From NCBI GenBank assembly GCA_965215505.1, contig OZ244065.1:928001-992000 (forward strand): a stretch of DNA of 64,000 nt. Direction: 5' to 3'. Shown here in pieces: positions 31,573-40,465 of the stretch. Each line of letters begins with the position of its first letter. The stretch's first letter is position 1. The notes beneath the pieces are model-generated. The model saw only the letters and a list, made by a program, of their open reading frames with translations, searched no databases and was not told the origin of the DNA. The position numbers and the translations under genes are program-made. The stretch comes from Capsulimonadaceae bacterium. Its GTDB lineage: Bacteria; Armatimonadota; Armatimonadia; Armatimonadales; Capsulimonadaceae.

Positions 31573-32607
31573 TCAGTAGCCATGCTCGCCCTCACCCACA
31601 CGCACGGTCCCCCGGAAGACGCGGTGGATGTAGACGTTGTAGGCGATCACGATCCCCATCATCACCACGTTCACCGCCAAAGCCGTCTCCAAGGTGTGCC
31701 GGGCCGAAGCGGCGTTGAAGATCGAAAGCCCCTGCCCCGTCTGCCCCAAGGTCGGCAGCATCAGCGGGTATATCCCGGCACCCGCCGAACCCATCAGGGC
31801 CGCCAGGAAGGCCGCCCCCGCCACGACCGCCCGCCCGTCCTCGGCCCGCCGCAGGGACAGGAAGAGGGCGACAAGCGACGCCAAGGCCATCAAGGGCAGG
31901 ACCAGCAGGAAGGGGCGATGGGCGAAATTCGCGCCGATGTCGGGCCGCACCAAGAAGGCGAAGGCGGATGTGACGGCGGCCAGCACGGCGACCACGGGCA
32001 GCAGGCGACCCGCCCACCGCCGCGCCTCGGCCCGCTTGTCCCCGTCCGTCTTGAAGGCCAGGTAGTTCGCCCCGTTCAGCGCCAGCAGGGCGGCACTCAG
32101 CAGCCCGACGAGGATGGCGAACGGGTTCAGGGCCAGCGACAGCGAGCCTTGAAAGTTGCCCGTCGCGTCCAGCGGCACGCCCCGGACGACGTTGCCGACG
32201 GCGGCCCCGAATAGCACGGCCAGCAGCAGGCTCGTGCCGCAGAAGGCGAAGTCCCAGAAGCCCCGCCACAAAGGGTCCGCCACCTGCGACCGGAACTCGA
32301 TGGCCGACCCGCGCCCGATCAAGAGCCACAGGACGAGCATCAGGACCAGGTAGAAGCCGCTGAAGGAGGCCGCGTACAGCCGGGGGAAGGCGGCCACCAT
32401 GCTGCCGCCCGCCGTCAGCAGCCAGACCTCGTAGCCGAACCAGAACGGCCCGATGACGGCCAGGTTCGTGCGCCGCTCGGCGTCATTGCGGCCCAGGACG
32501 AAGTGCATGGCCCCGATGCCGAGGTCGAAGCCGTCCAGGATGGCGTAGCCGACTAGCAGCGCGCCCAGGGCGATGAACCAGGCCGTAGGGAGCCAATCAG
32601 TATTCAT
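31573..32607 (-). CDS. cydB: Cytochrome bd oxidase subunit II
   Basis: YAILDGFDLGIG, IGPFWFGYEVWL, AFPRLYA, GNVVRGVP. Confidence 0.95.
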   Translation of the reverse strand: MNTDWLPTAWFIALGALLVGYAILDGFDLGIGAMHFVLGRNDAERRTNLAVIGPFWFGYEVWLLTAGGSMVAAFPRLYAASFSGFYLVLMLVLWLLIGRGSAIEFRSQVADPLWRGFWDFAFCGTSLLLAVLFGAAVGNVVRGVPLDATGNFQGSLSLALNPFAILVGLLSAALLALNGANYLAFKTDGDKRAEARRWAGRLLPVVAVLAAVTSAFAFLVRPDIGANFAHRPFLLVLPLMALASLVALFLSLRRAEDGRAVVAGAAFLAALMGSAGAGIYPLMLPTLGQTGQGLSIFNAASARHTLETALAVNVVMMGIVIAYNVYIHRVFRGTVRVGEGEHGY

Positions 32608-33995
32608 ACCAGTGCCTCCAGTCGGGATAGCTCATCGATAGGGAGCGGCTGCCCCGGCGCGTCCGGCCCCGCCTCCTCCGGGCCGCGCGCGATGTGCTTG
32701 AGCAGCAGGAACACGAACAGCAGGCCCAGCACGATGTAGATGCCGGTGAAGCCCAGCAGGGTGAAGATGACCTCGCCCGCCGAGACGTTCGGCGAGTACC
32801 CCTGGCTCGTCCGCAGCACGCCGTAGATGATCCAGGGCTGGCGGCCCACGCAAGTCACCACCCACCCGGCCTCGTTGGCGATGTACGGCAGCGGCAGCGA
32901 CAGCATCAGCGCCCACAAGTACCAGCGCGCCGCTTCCAGCTTTCGCCGCCACAGCAGGAACACGCCCAGAGCGGTCAGGGCGATGAAGTAGCCGCCCAGG
33001 GTGATCATGATGTGGTAGGCATAGTAGACGAGTTCGACCGGCGGCCACAGGTCACGGGGGATGTCGTTCAGCCCCTTCACCGAGGCGTGGGCGTCCCCGT
33101 AAGCGAGGTAGGACAGCAGGCCGGGCACCTCAACGGGGTCCAGCAGGTTGCCCTTTTTGGTGTCCGGCATGCCGATGATCGCGAGCGGCGCACCCGGCTC
33201 GCTCTTGAACTGGCCCTCCATGGCGGCCAAGGTCGTCGGCTGATACTTGACGACCATCTCGCCGTTCTTGGCCCCGGTGGGGAAGACTTGGGCGAGCGAG
33301 AAGGCCAGGCCGACGACCAGGCTGAGGGCCAGCGTGACGCGGGCGAAGGCGGTGTGCCTGCGCGAGAGCAGGTAGAAGGCCGCCAGCGCGGCCATGACGA
33401 GCGCGCCGTTGACGAAGGCCCCGCAGAGTGTGTGCAGGTACTCCCAGACCTCGAAGGGGTTTGTCAGCACGGCGGCCAGGCTGGTCAGGCGCAGGACGCC
33501 GCCGGGTTCGGGGGCGAAGCCGACCGGGTGCTGCATCCAGGCATCGGTGGCCGTGATGAAGTAGGCCGAAATGATCGAGCCGGCCGCGACGAGGGCGGCG
33601 GACAGGGCGTGGACCTTGACGGTGACGCGCCGCTCGCCGAAGAGGAAGACGGCGAGGAAGGCGGACTCGAGGAAGAAGGCGAACAGGCCCTCCATCATCA
33701 GGCCCTGGCCGATGATGCCGCCGGAGATGTTGGAGAAGCGCGCCCAGTTAGTGCCGAACTGGAACTCCATGGGGACGCCGGTGGCGACGCCCGCGCCGTA
33801 GTTGAGGAGGAACAGTTTGCCCCAGAAGCGTGCGGCGCGGGCGTGGAGTCCGTCGTAGCCCTCGCCGCGGCGCACCTGGATGACTTTGAGGGCGGCGATG
33901 AGGATGCCCAAGCCGATGGTGACGGGCGGGAACAGATAGTGGAACATGATCAGCGCGGCGAAGTGCACGCGGTCGGCGATGGCGGTCGTGTCCAT
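32604..33995 (-). CDS. cydA: Cytochrome bd oxidase subunit I (short Q-loop)
   Basis: FHYLF, EFQFGTNW, EGLFAFFLES, AWMQHP, LAAMEG, HIM, GRQPW. Confidence 0.95.
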   Translation of the reverse strand: MDTTAIADRVHFAALIMFHYLFPPVTIGLGILIAALKVIQVRRGEGYDGLHARAARFWGKLFLLNYGAGVATGVPMEFQFGTNWARFSNISGGIIGQGLMMEGLFAFFLESAFLAVFLFGERRVTVKVHALSAALVAAGSIISAYFITATDAWMQHPVGFAPEPGGVLRLTSLAAVLTNPFEVWEYLHTLCGAFVNGALVMAALAAFYLLSRRHTAFARVTLALSLVVGLAFSLAQVFPTGAKNGEMVVKYQPTTLAAMEGQFKSEPGAPLAIIGMPDTKKGNLLDPVEVPGLLSYLAYGDAHASVKGLNDIPRDLWPPVELVYYAYHIMITLGGYFIALTALGVFLLWRRKLEAARWYLWALMLSLPLPYIANEAGWVVTCVGRQPWIIYGVLRTSQGYSPNVSAGEVIFTLLGFTGIYIVLGLLFVFLLLKHIARGPEEAGPDAPGQPLPIDELSRLEALV

Positions 33996-34007
33996 GCGTT
34001 CTGCCCC

Positions 34008-34436
34008 CTATTTCACGATAAGAACGGGGCAATGCGCGTGGTGGACCACACGGTCACAGGTACTCCCGAGCAGGAACAGCGTCAGTCCGCTCGCCCCCCG
34101 GCTGCCCAGCACGATCAGGTCGCACCCCTCCACCTCGGCCAGGCGGATGATCTCGGCGGCAGGCTGGCCGACCTCCGAACGGCTTTGGTAAGACACGCCC
34201 GCCTCGTCCACGGTGCGACCCGCGTGCGAGATCGCGTGTTCTTGCAGCTCCGCGATGTACCGCTCGTCCAGCCCGGCGTTGACCATCTCCCCATAAGGCC
34301 CGATGGTCGGAATTGGCTGGAAGACGTTAATGATTGTCAGACGTGCCGCAAATTTGCTCGCCAAAGTCGCCGCCACGGCAGCCGCCTTGATCGCGCATTC
34401 GGACCCGTCCGAGGCCAGTAAGATATGGGTGAACAT
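34008..34436 (-). CDS. Universal stress protein
   Basis: ILLASDGS, DLIVLGSRG, LLGSTCDRVVHHAHCPVLIV. Confidence 0.93.
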   Translation of the reverse strand: MFTHILLASDGSECAIKAAAVAATLASKFAARLTIINVFQPIPTIGPYGEMVNAGLDERYIAELQEHAISHAGRTVDEAGVSYQSRSEVGQPAAEIIRLAEVEGCDLIVLGSRGASGLTLFLLGSTCDRVVHHAHCPVLIVK

Positions 34437-34527
34437 TTGCGTCCTCTCGTTCCATTACCCGTCGCCCATGCTTCCATGGACCAGATTATTTTGCCAAATA
34501 AGTGTATGCTAAGACAGCATCATCGCC

Positions 34528-34596
34528 ATTGTACCAGGTTTAACGGCGATTGTGATTTCTTCACAATGATATTATTTTTCTGATATTAACTATCAG
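34528..34596 (-). promoter_or_regulatory. usp-cydAB promoter region with two palindromic operator candidates
   Basis: TGGTACAAT on the minus strand (34528-34536). ATTGTGA-N5-TCACAAT (34549-34567). CTGATA-N5-TATCAG (34580-34596). Confidence 0.55.
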
Positions 34597-34666
34597 CTTA
34601 CCTGCTGGGTGCTACCGTCTTGCCCTAATGCCCACGCGGCGAGACTATGCAGGTATAATAAAGCCC

Positions 34667-35308
34667 GTGGCACTCATCAAGATTTGCGGCATCACGAGCT
34701 GGCGGGACGCAGAGGCCGCTGTGGCGGCGGGGGCGGACATGCTGGGCTTCCACTGCGACGAGAACAGCCCGCGCGTCATCGACCCGCTGGACTTCTGCGA
34801 CATCGCCGCCCGCCTGCCCGCGCATGTCGTCCGGGTGGCGGTCTTCGACCGGACCACGGACGCCCGCTGGCGGCTGGAAGGACGGCGCGTGTTCCATCTC
34901 TTCCAGCAGGTCCAGTACTACCAGGACAGCGTCTGGAGCGACATCCTGCGGGAGAACTGGGACATGGGCCGCAAGATCAAAGCGTTCCACCTGGGCACCG
35001 ACCGCGACCTTCGCCGGGTCGCGAGCTTCAACGGCACCGTGCAGTCGTACCTGTTGAACGTCAACGCCTCGGCCCCGGCTTCCTACCCGGACGCGGACGC
35101 CTATGGGTGGGAGCTTGCCCGCGAGACGCACCAGTACGGCAAGAAGCTGTACCTCGCCGGCGGCCTGACGCCCGAGAACGTCGGGGCCGCCATCGCTCGC
35201 GTCCGTCCCTACGCCGTGGACGTGACCGTCGGCGTCGAGTCCGCGCCGGGCCTCAAGGACCCCAACCGGATGCGCGCCTTCGTCAAGGCCGTGCGGGAGG
35301 CGAAATGA
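34667..35308 (+). CDS. Phosphoribosylanthranilate isomerase-like protein, copy 1 (divergent)
   Basis: IKICGIT, GADMLGF, SPR, LAGGLTPENV, DVTVGVE. LLNV replaces LLD. GTG start 7 nt after TATAAT. Confidence 0.85.
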   Translation: MALIKICGITSWRDAEAAVAAGADMLGFHCDENSPRVIDPLDFCDIAARLPAHVVRVAVFDRTTDARWRLEGRRVFHLFQQVQYYQDSVWSDILRENWDMGRKIKAFHLGTDRDLRRVASFNGTVQSYLLNVNASAPASYPDADAYGWELARETHQYGKKLYLAGGLTPENVGAAIARVRPYAVDVTVGVESAPGLKDPNRMRAFVKAVREAK

Positions 35309-36255
35309 CTTTGTTGCAGCTACCGTTCTTCGATGCCATCGCGAACGCCGAGATTATTCTGCTTGCCGGGGCGGGCGGCGGCTTCGACATCTTCTCCGGC
35401 CTTCCGATCTACTTCGGCCTCAGAAGTATGGGCAAAACAGTCCATCTTGCCAACCTATCCTTCTCGCGCTTATATGAGTCCAATGGGAAGCGGCTGGGGA
35501 CAGGACTGGTAGAGGTCACTGCACAGACTGAAGGCTTCGAGCGTTACTTCCCCGAGCTGCATCTGGCACGGTGGCTAGCGGCGCAGGGAGAGCCGGCACC
35601 GATCTACGGCATTGACCGCGCAGGCGTCAAGCCGATCAGCGCGGCCTACCGGGCGCTGAACGAGAGGCTGAAGCCGGACGCCGTGATCCTGATAGACGGC
35701 GGCACGGACAGCCTGATGCGCGGGGACGAGGCGGGGCTTGGCACCCCGCAGGAGGATGTCGCCAGCCTCTCCGCCGTCCACGCCCTCGACGTGCCGACCA
35801 AGCTGCTTGTTTGCCTCGGCTTCGGCGTAGACACCTACCACGGAGTCTGTCACGCTCAGTTTTTAGAGGCCGTGGCCGATCTGAGCCGTCAAGGTGCGTT
35901 CCTCGGCATGTGGAGCCTGACCCGCGACATGCCGGAAGTAAAACGCTACATCGAGGCCGTGGACCATGTAAACGGCATCATGTCGGATCACCCCAGCATC
36001 GTCTCGTCGTCCATCGTGTCGGCGATCGAGGGTCAGTTCGGCGACCACCACCGGAATTATCGCACGGAAGGCAGCCGCCTGTTCATCAACGCCCTGATGA
36101 CGCTCTACTGGTGCTTCCGCCTGGATGCCGTCGCCGGGCGCATCCTGTATCTGGACGCGGTGCGCGAGACCGAGAGTTTCCGCGACATGACACTCGCCAT
36201 CGAGTATTTTCGGGCCACCCATGACAGCAAGGGCTGGGTTGACCTACCGATGTAG
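35305..36255 (+). CDS. DUF1152-like protein
   Basis: GAGGGFDIFSGLP, DGGTDSLMRGDEAGLGTPQED, GFGVDTYHG, SIVSAIEGQFGD. ATGA overlap with copy 1. Confidence 0.75.
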   Translation: MTLLQLPFFDAIANAEIILLAGAGGGFDIFSGLPIYFGLRSMGKTVHLANLSFSRLYESNGKRLGTGLVEVTAQTEGFERYFPELHLARWLAAQGEPAPIYGIDRAGVKPISAAYRALNERLKPDAVILIDGGTDSLMRGDEAGLGTPQEDVASLSAVHALDVPTKLLVCLGFGVDTYHGVCHAQFLEAVADLSRQGAFLGMWSLTRDMPEVKRYIEAVDHVNGIMSDHPSIVSSSIVSAIEGQFGDHHRNYRTEGSRLFINALMTLYWCFRLDAVAGRILYLDAVRETESFRDMTLAIEYFRATHDSKGWVDLPM

Positions 36256-36322
36256 GACGGCGGCTTTAACGCCGAATAAAACCACCTCTCACAGGACGAA
36301 GCCAAGAAAGCAAGGATGAACC

Positions 36323-36934
36323 ATGACACGAATTATGATCTCCGGCGTCACGAACAGGCCGGACGCACTGGCGGCGGTGGAGGCCGGGGCGGATGCGCTG
36401 GGCTTCATCGCGATTCCCGGCAACCCGCGCTCTCTGGAGCCGCAGGAGTATTTCGAGATCACCGAGAACTTGCCGATCTTCGTCCGGTGCGTCGGCGTGT
36501 TCGAGCGGCCCGGCGAGTACGACGATTATATGCCGGATTATGTCCAGCACTACGAAGACACGGCGGCGGAGTCCCGCGCCACGGGCCTAGCGGGTATCCG
36601 CATCCGCGTCTTTCGGATGCGGGACGAGTCTACGCTGAACGAGATTCGGGACTATCCTGATCCGGTCGGCGCGATCCTGCTGGACATGGACCACGCGGGA
36701 ACGCTTTATGGGTCGGGCGAGACCTTCGACTGGTCCCTGGCCGTCCGGGCGAAGGCGCTGACGGACCGCCCTATCATCCTGTCCGGCGGCCTGACGCCCG
36801 AAAATGTTGGGGCCGCCATCGCCCGCGTCCGCCCCTACGCCGTGGACGTGACGGAGGGCGTCGAGTCCCCGCCAGGCGTCAAGGACCCGAACAAGATGCG
36901 CGCGTTTGTGGAGGCCGTGCGGGAGGCGAGATGA
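36323..36934 (+). CDS. TrpF-like protein, copy 2 (chimeric, catalytic Cys lost)
   Basis: IMISG replaces [13 protein letters not shown] matches copy 3; the C-terminus matches copy 1. Confidence 0.85.
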   Translation: MTRIMISGVTNRPDALAAVEAGADALGFIAIPGNPRSLEPQEYFEITENLPIFVRCVGVFERPGEYDDYMPDYVQHYEDTAAESRATGLAGIRIRVFRMRDESTLNEIRDYPDPVGAILLDMDHAGTLYGSGETFDWSLAVRAKALTDRPIILSGGLTPENVGAAIARVRPYAVDVTEGVESPPGVKDPNKMRAFVEAVREAR

Positions 36935-37488
36935 TTATTGACCAAGAAGCGCGGGAGCGATGGGTCATTCCATTCTACATGAAGGTGCTTCACGCACAAC
37001 AACCGCTTGCTGTCACAGAGTTACTCATTGAGGCCAGCAATGCGATCTCGCAAGAAACCGTGGACGCCCTTCTGGCTGACTTCAATTGGCGGACCCGAAA
37101 GATGGCAGCGATCTACGCGGGCGTCAATGCTTGGTCGGGATTCACGGATGCAATCGGCGGGCACCTGCTCAAGAGTGAGGTCTGCTTTGCGGGCGCATCC
37201 TACTGTTTTGCGCTGGCCCGCTTCGGCTCAGACGATGCGGTTTTTTATCTCAAGCAGTACCTCGACATCTGGCTCAGGCGGCCCGAGTGCTGGTATGACC
37301 AGAGTCATGCGCTTGCCGCGTTGCTCTGGCTTGACCGTATTCGGGGCACCGACGATGCGGCGGCCTACTTGGCCAATGGGGGCATTTGGGAATGTTTTGT
37401 TCAGAACAAGCCTCACTGGGATTTGCAGCGTACTAGGCTAACATTTTTTGAGACGATGAAGTTTTGTCAGGAGCAATTTCCTCAGTGA
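36931..37488 (+). CDS. DUF6000-like protein
   Basis: PFYM, NWRTR, LLKSEVCFAGASYCFALARFG, YLDIWLRRP, YDQ, ALLWLD pattern. AT-richer codons. Confidence 0.65.
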   Translation: MIIDQEARERWVIPFYMKVLHAQQPLAVTELLIEASNAISQETVDALLADFNWRTRKMAAIYAGVNAWSGFTDAIGGHLLKSEVCFAGASYCFALARFGSDDAVFYLKQYLDIWLRRPECWYDQSHALAALLWLDRIRGTDDAAAYLANGGIWECFVQNKPHWDLQRTRLTFFETMKFCQEQFPQ

Positions 37489-38108
37489 CCAGAATCAAAA
37501 TCTGCGGCATCTCGAATGGCCTGGACGCGATGGCGGCGGCGGACGCGGGCGCGGACGCCCTGGGCTTCATCGCCGTGCCGGGCAGCCCGCGCTACCTGCC
37601 GCCGGAGGTCTATCGCGAGATCAGCGCGGCCCTGCCGATCTTGGTCAAGCGCGTCGTCGTCGCGCACCGGCCCGAGGACGCGGAGGAGTATCTGGCCGAG
37701 TACGTCCAGCACTACGAGGACGCCTCGGACGAGTCCCACATGCGGCGCGGGGCGGCCTGGCGCATCCGGGCGTTTCGGATGCGCGATGAGTCATCACTCC
37801 GAGAGATCGGGGCCTACCCCGACGCCGTCGGCGCAGTCCTGCTGGATGCCTACCACAAGGCGATGCTCGGCGGGTCGGGCGAGACCTTCGACTGGTCCCT
37901 GGCCGTCCGGGCGAAGGCGCTGACGGGCCGGCCCGTCCTCCTGGCGGGCGGCCTGACGCCGGACAACGTGCAGGACGCCCTGGAAGCCGTGCGGCCCTAC
38001 GGCGTGGATGTGGCTTCGGGGGTGGAGGCGTCACCGGGCGTCAAGGACCACGCGAAGGTTCGGGCGTTCGTGCGGGCGGTGAGGGAGTGGGATCTGCGGC
38101 AGGGGTAG
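37485..38108 (+). CDS. trpF: Phosphoribosylanthranilate isomerase, copy 3 (probably the active enzyme)
   Basis: [35 protein letters not shown]. Lies upstream of trpBA. Confidence 0.9.
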   Translation: MTRIKICGISNGLDAMAAADAGADALGFIAVPGSPRYLPPEVYREISAALPILVKRVVVAHRPEDAEEYLAEYVQHYEDASDESHMRRGAAWRIRAFRMRDESSLREIGAYPDAVGAVLLDAYHKAMLGGSGETFDWSLAVRAKALTGRPVLLAGGLTPDNVQDALEAVRPYGVDVASGVEASPGVKDHAKVRAFVRAVREWDLRQG

Positions 38109-38138
38109 CGGCCCGCGCGGATGGCGCTCCGGTGTCGG

Positions 38139-38296
38139 CCCCCACCCCCGGCGCGGACGCCGACCCCTGCCCCCGCAAGCGGGAGAGGGGTGAGGAAGTG
38201 TTCAGAGGGGAGCCGAAATGCAACGGTGACTGCTCTATCCTCTCTTTCACCCCGCTTGCGGGGGCAGGGGTCGGCGTCCGCGCCGGAGGTGGGGGC
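38139..38296. repeat. Palindromic doublet, family B
   Basis: Inverted arms at 38139-38197 and about 38250-38296. Homologous to 14995-15177. Confidence 0.85.
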
Positions 38297-38314
38297 ATCC
38301 CACTTCTCCTCCCG

Positions 38315-38344
38315 TTGACAGCCTCCCCACCGAACTGCTACAAT
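38315..38344 (+). promoter_or_regulatory. Sigma70 promoter for trpBA-deoC
   Basis: TTGACA-N18-TACAAT with a TG extension. Confidence 0.7.
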
Positions 38345-38374
38345 ACGCCACGTTTTAGAAGGAAGTACCCTCCG

Positions 38375-39637
38375 ATGGCACCCCAGATACTGGAACAGAC
38401 GCAGCAGATGACGGAACAGCAGAAGACGGAAGAAGCGGCCCCGAACAAGTACGTCGCCGACGCGCAGGGGCGGTTTGGCGGAGAGTTCGGCGGGCGGTTC
38501 GTGCCTGAGACGATCATCCCCGCCCTGGACGAGCTAACGGAAGCCTACGCCAAGGCGAAGGCCGACCCGACGTTCCAGACGGAGTTCGATTACTACGCCA
38601 AGAACTACGTCGGTCGGCCCACGGCCCTATTCTTCGCCGAGAAGATGACGCGGGAATTGGGCGGGGCGAAGATCTACCTGAAGCGCGAAGACCTGGCGCA
38701 CACGGGCGCGCACAAGATCAACAATGCGCTGGGCCAGATCCTGCTGGCGAAGCGCATGAACAAGCCGCGCATCATCGCCGAGACCGGCGCGGGGCAGCAC
38801 GGGGTCGCCACGGCGACGGCCTGCGCGCTGTTCGGCTACGAGTGCATCGTCTACATGGGCGAGGAGGACGTGCAGCGGCAGGCACTCAACGTCGTGCGGA
38901 TGAAGCTCCTCGGCGCGACCGTCCGGCCCGTCTCGTCCGGGACGAAGACGCTCAAGGACGCCTTGAACGAGGCGATGCGCGACTGGGTGACGAACGTCCA
39001 CGACACGCACTACATCATCGGGACCGTGGCCGGGCCGCACCCCTACCCGACGATGGTGCGGGACTTCCAATCGGTGATCGGCATCGAGGCGCGGCAGCAG
39101 ATGATGGAGGACACCGGCGGCCTGCCGGACGCCGTCGTCGCCTGCGTCGGCGGCGGGTCCAACGCCATGGGCATCTTCTACCCGTTCGTCCACGACGAGG
39201 GCGTCCGGCTCATCGGCGTCGAGGCGGCCGGCGACGGCGTCCACACCGGCCGGCACGCCGCGACCCTGACGGCGGGGAGCAAGGGCGTCCTGCACGGCTC
39301 GGCCTCCTACGTCATTCAGGACGACTACGGGCAGGTGCTGGCGACGCACAGCGTCTCGGCGGGCCTGGACTACCCAGGCGTTGGACCGGAACACGCCTTC
39401 TTCAAGGACATTGGCCGGGCCGAATACGTCTCCATCACCGACGACGAGGCCCTGGACGCCTTCCAGTGGACGGCCCGGACGGAGGGCATCATCCCCGCCC
39501 TGGAGACGTCCCATGCCTTCGCCCACGTCCGCAAGATCGCGCCGCTGATGTCCCCGGAGCAGACCCTGATCGTCTGCCTGTCGGGGCGCGGCGACAAGGA
39601 CGTGGACTCGGTCGCGGGCCGTCTGGGGCTGCTGTAA
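38375..39637 (+). CDS. trpB: Tryptophan synthase beta chain
   Basis: [53 protein letters not shown]. Confidence 0.97.
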   Translation: MAPQILEQTQQMTEQQKTEEAAPNKYVADAQGRFGGEFGGRFVPETIIPALDELTEAYAKAKADPTFQTEFDYYAKNYVGRPTALFFAEKMTRELGGAKIYLKREDLAHTGAHKINNALGQILLAKRMNKPRIIAETGAGQHGVATATACALFGYECIVYMGEEDVQRQALNVVRMKLLGATVRPVSSGTKTLKDALNEAMRDWVTNVHDTHYIIGTVAGPHPYPTMVRDFQSVIGIEARQQMMEDTGGLPDAVVACVGGGSNAMGIFYPFVHDEGVRLIGVEAAGDGVHTGRHAATLTAGSKGVLHGSASYVIQDDYGQVLATHSVSAGLDYPGVGPEHAFFKDIGRAEYVSITDDEALDAFQWTARTEGIIPALETSHAFAHVRKIAPLMSPEQTLIVCLSGRGDKDVDSVAGRLGLL

Positions 39638-39640
39638 GCC

Positions 39641-40444
39641 ATGTCCCAGCGCCTCGACCAGACCTTTGCCCGCCTCAAAGACGCCCACGAGGGCGCACTC
39701 GTCACCTTCATTACGGCGGGCGACCCGTCCCCGGCGGGGACGCCCGCCCTCATCGCCGCGCTGGCGCAGGGCGGCGCGGACATCGTGGAACTCGGCATCC
39801 CCTACTCTGACCCACTGGCCGACGGCCCCAGCATCCAGGCGTCCTCGCAGCGCGCTCTGGACAAAGGCGTCACGCCGGATACCATCCTGCAAATGATCCA
39901 GGACGCCCGCGCTCTGACCCAGGTGCCGCTCGTCCTAATGACCTCATATAACCTGGCCCTCCGGTACGGCCTGGAGCGGTTCGCGCGGGTCTTTTCTCAG
40001 GCGGGCGCGGACGGGGCCATCCTGACCGATCTGCCGCCGGAAGAGGCTGTCCCCTGGAAGGCCGCCGCCACCGCGCACGGCATGGCGACGATCTTCCTGG
40101 TCGCGCCGACCTCCACGCCCGAGCGCATCGCACTGATCGCCTCCAACACGACGGGCTTCGTCTACTGCGTCTCGCGCACCGGCGTGACCGGCGCGCGGAC
40201 GGAGCTTCCCGCCGAGCTGAAGGCCTTGATCGCGCGCATCCGAGCGGCGACCGACAAGCCGGTCTGCGTCGGCTTCGGCATTTCCCAGCCCGCGCACGTC
40301 ACACAAGTGATCGGGGACGCCGACGGCGCGGTCATCGGCAGCGCCCTGGTGGACTTCTTACACGCACACGCCGATGATCCCAACCAGACGGCGGAGCTGA
40401 CACGGCTGGTCGCCTCCTGGAAGGAAGGGACGCGGCGGGCCTGA
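39641..40444 (+). CDS. trpA: Tryptophan synthase alpha chain
   Basis: TAGDP, ELGIPYSDPLADGPSIQ, GFVYCVSRTGVTG, VGFGIS. Confidence 0.97.
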   Translation: MSQRLDQTFARLKDAHEGALVTFITAGDPSPAGTPALIAALAQGGADIVELGIPYSDPLADGPSIQASSQRALDKGVTPDTILQMIQDARALTQVPLVLMTSYNLALRYGLERFARVFSQAGADGAILTDLPPEEAVPWKAAATAHGMATIFLVAPTSTPERIALIASNTTGFVYCVSRTGVTGARTELPAELKALIARIRAATDKPVCVGFGISQPAHVTQVIGDADGAVIGSALVDFLHAHADDPNQTAELTRLVASWKEGTRRA

Positions 40445-40465
40445 CCGCCGAAGTCTGAGGAGAGA

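Noticed and set aside
34609-35304. N-terminal extension of the 548-aa ORF, and similar extensions of the mgtA, trpB, thrC, steA, TlpA and racemase ORFs
   Set aside because: They are alternate-frame read-through of neighbouring genes or repeats. Better starts with SD, overlap or promoter support lie downstream.
36710-37926. Diversity-generating retroelement TR/VR pair
   Set aside because: The 55-bp repeat is identical coding sequence of paralogues, with no adenine-specific differences and no reverse transcriptase.
34667-38108. Integron cassette array
   Set aside because: No tyrosine recombinase is present and no attC-like sites lie between the cargo genes.
38109-38374. trp attenuator or T-box upstream of trpB (and similarly upstream of thrC)
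   Set aside because: The hairpins belong to a dispersed repeat family. There is no Trp-rich leader peptide or T-box motif, and the trpB promoter lies downstream of the hairpins.
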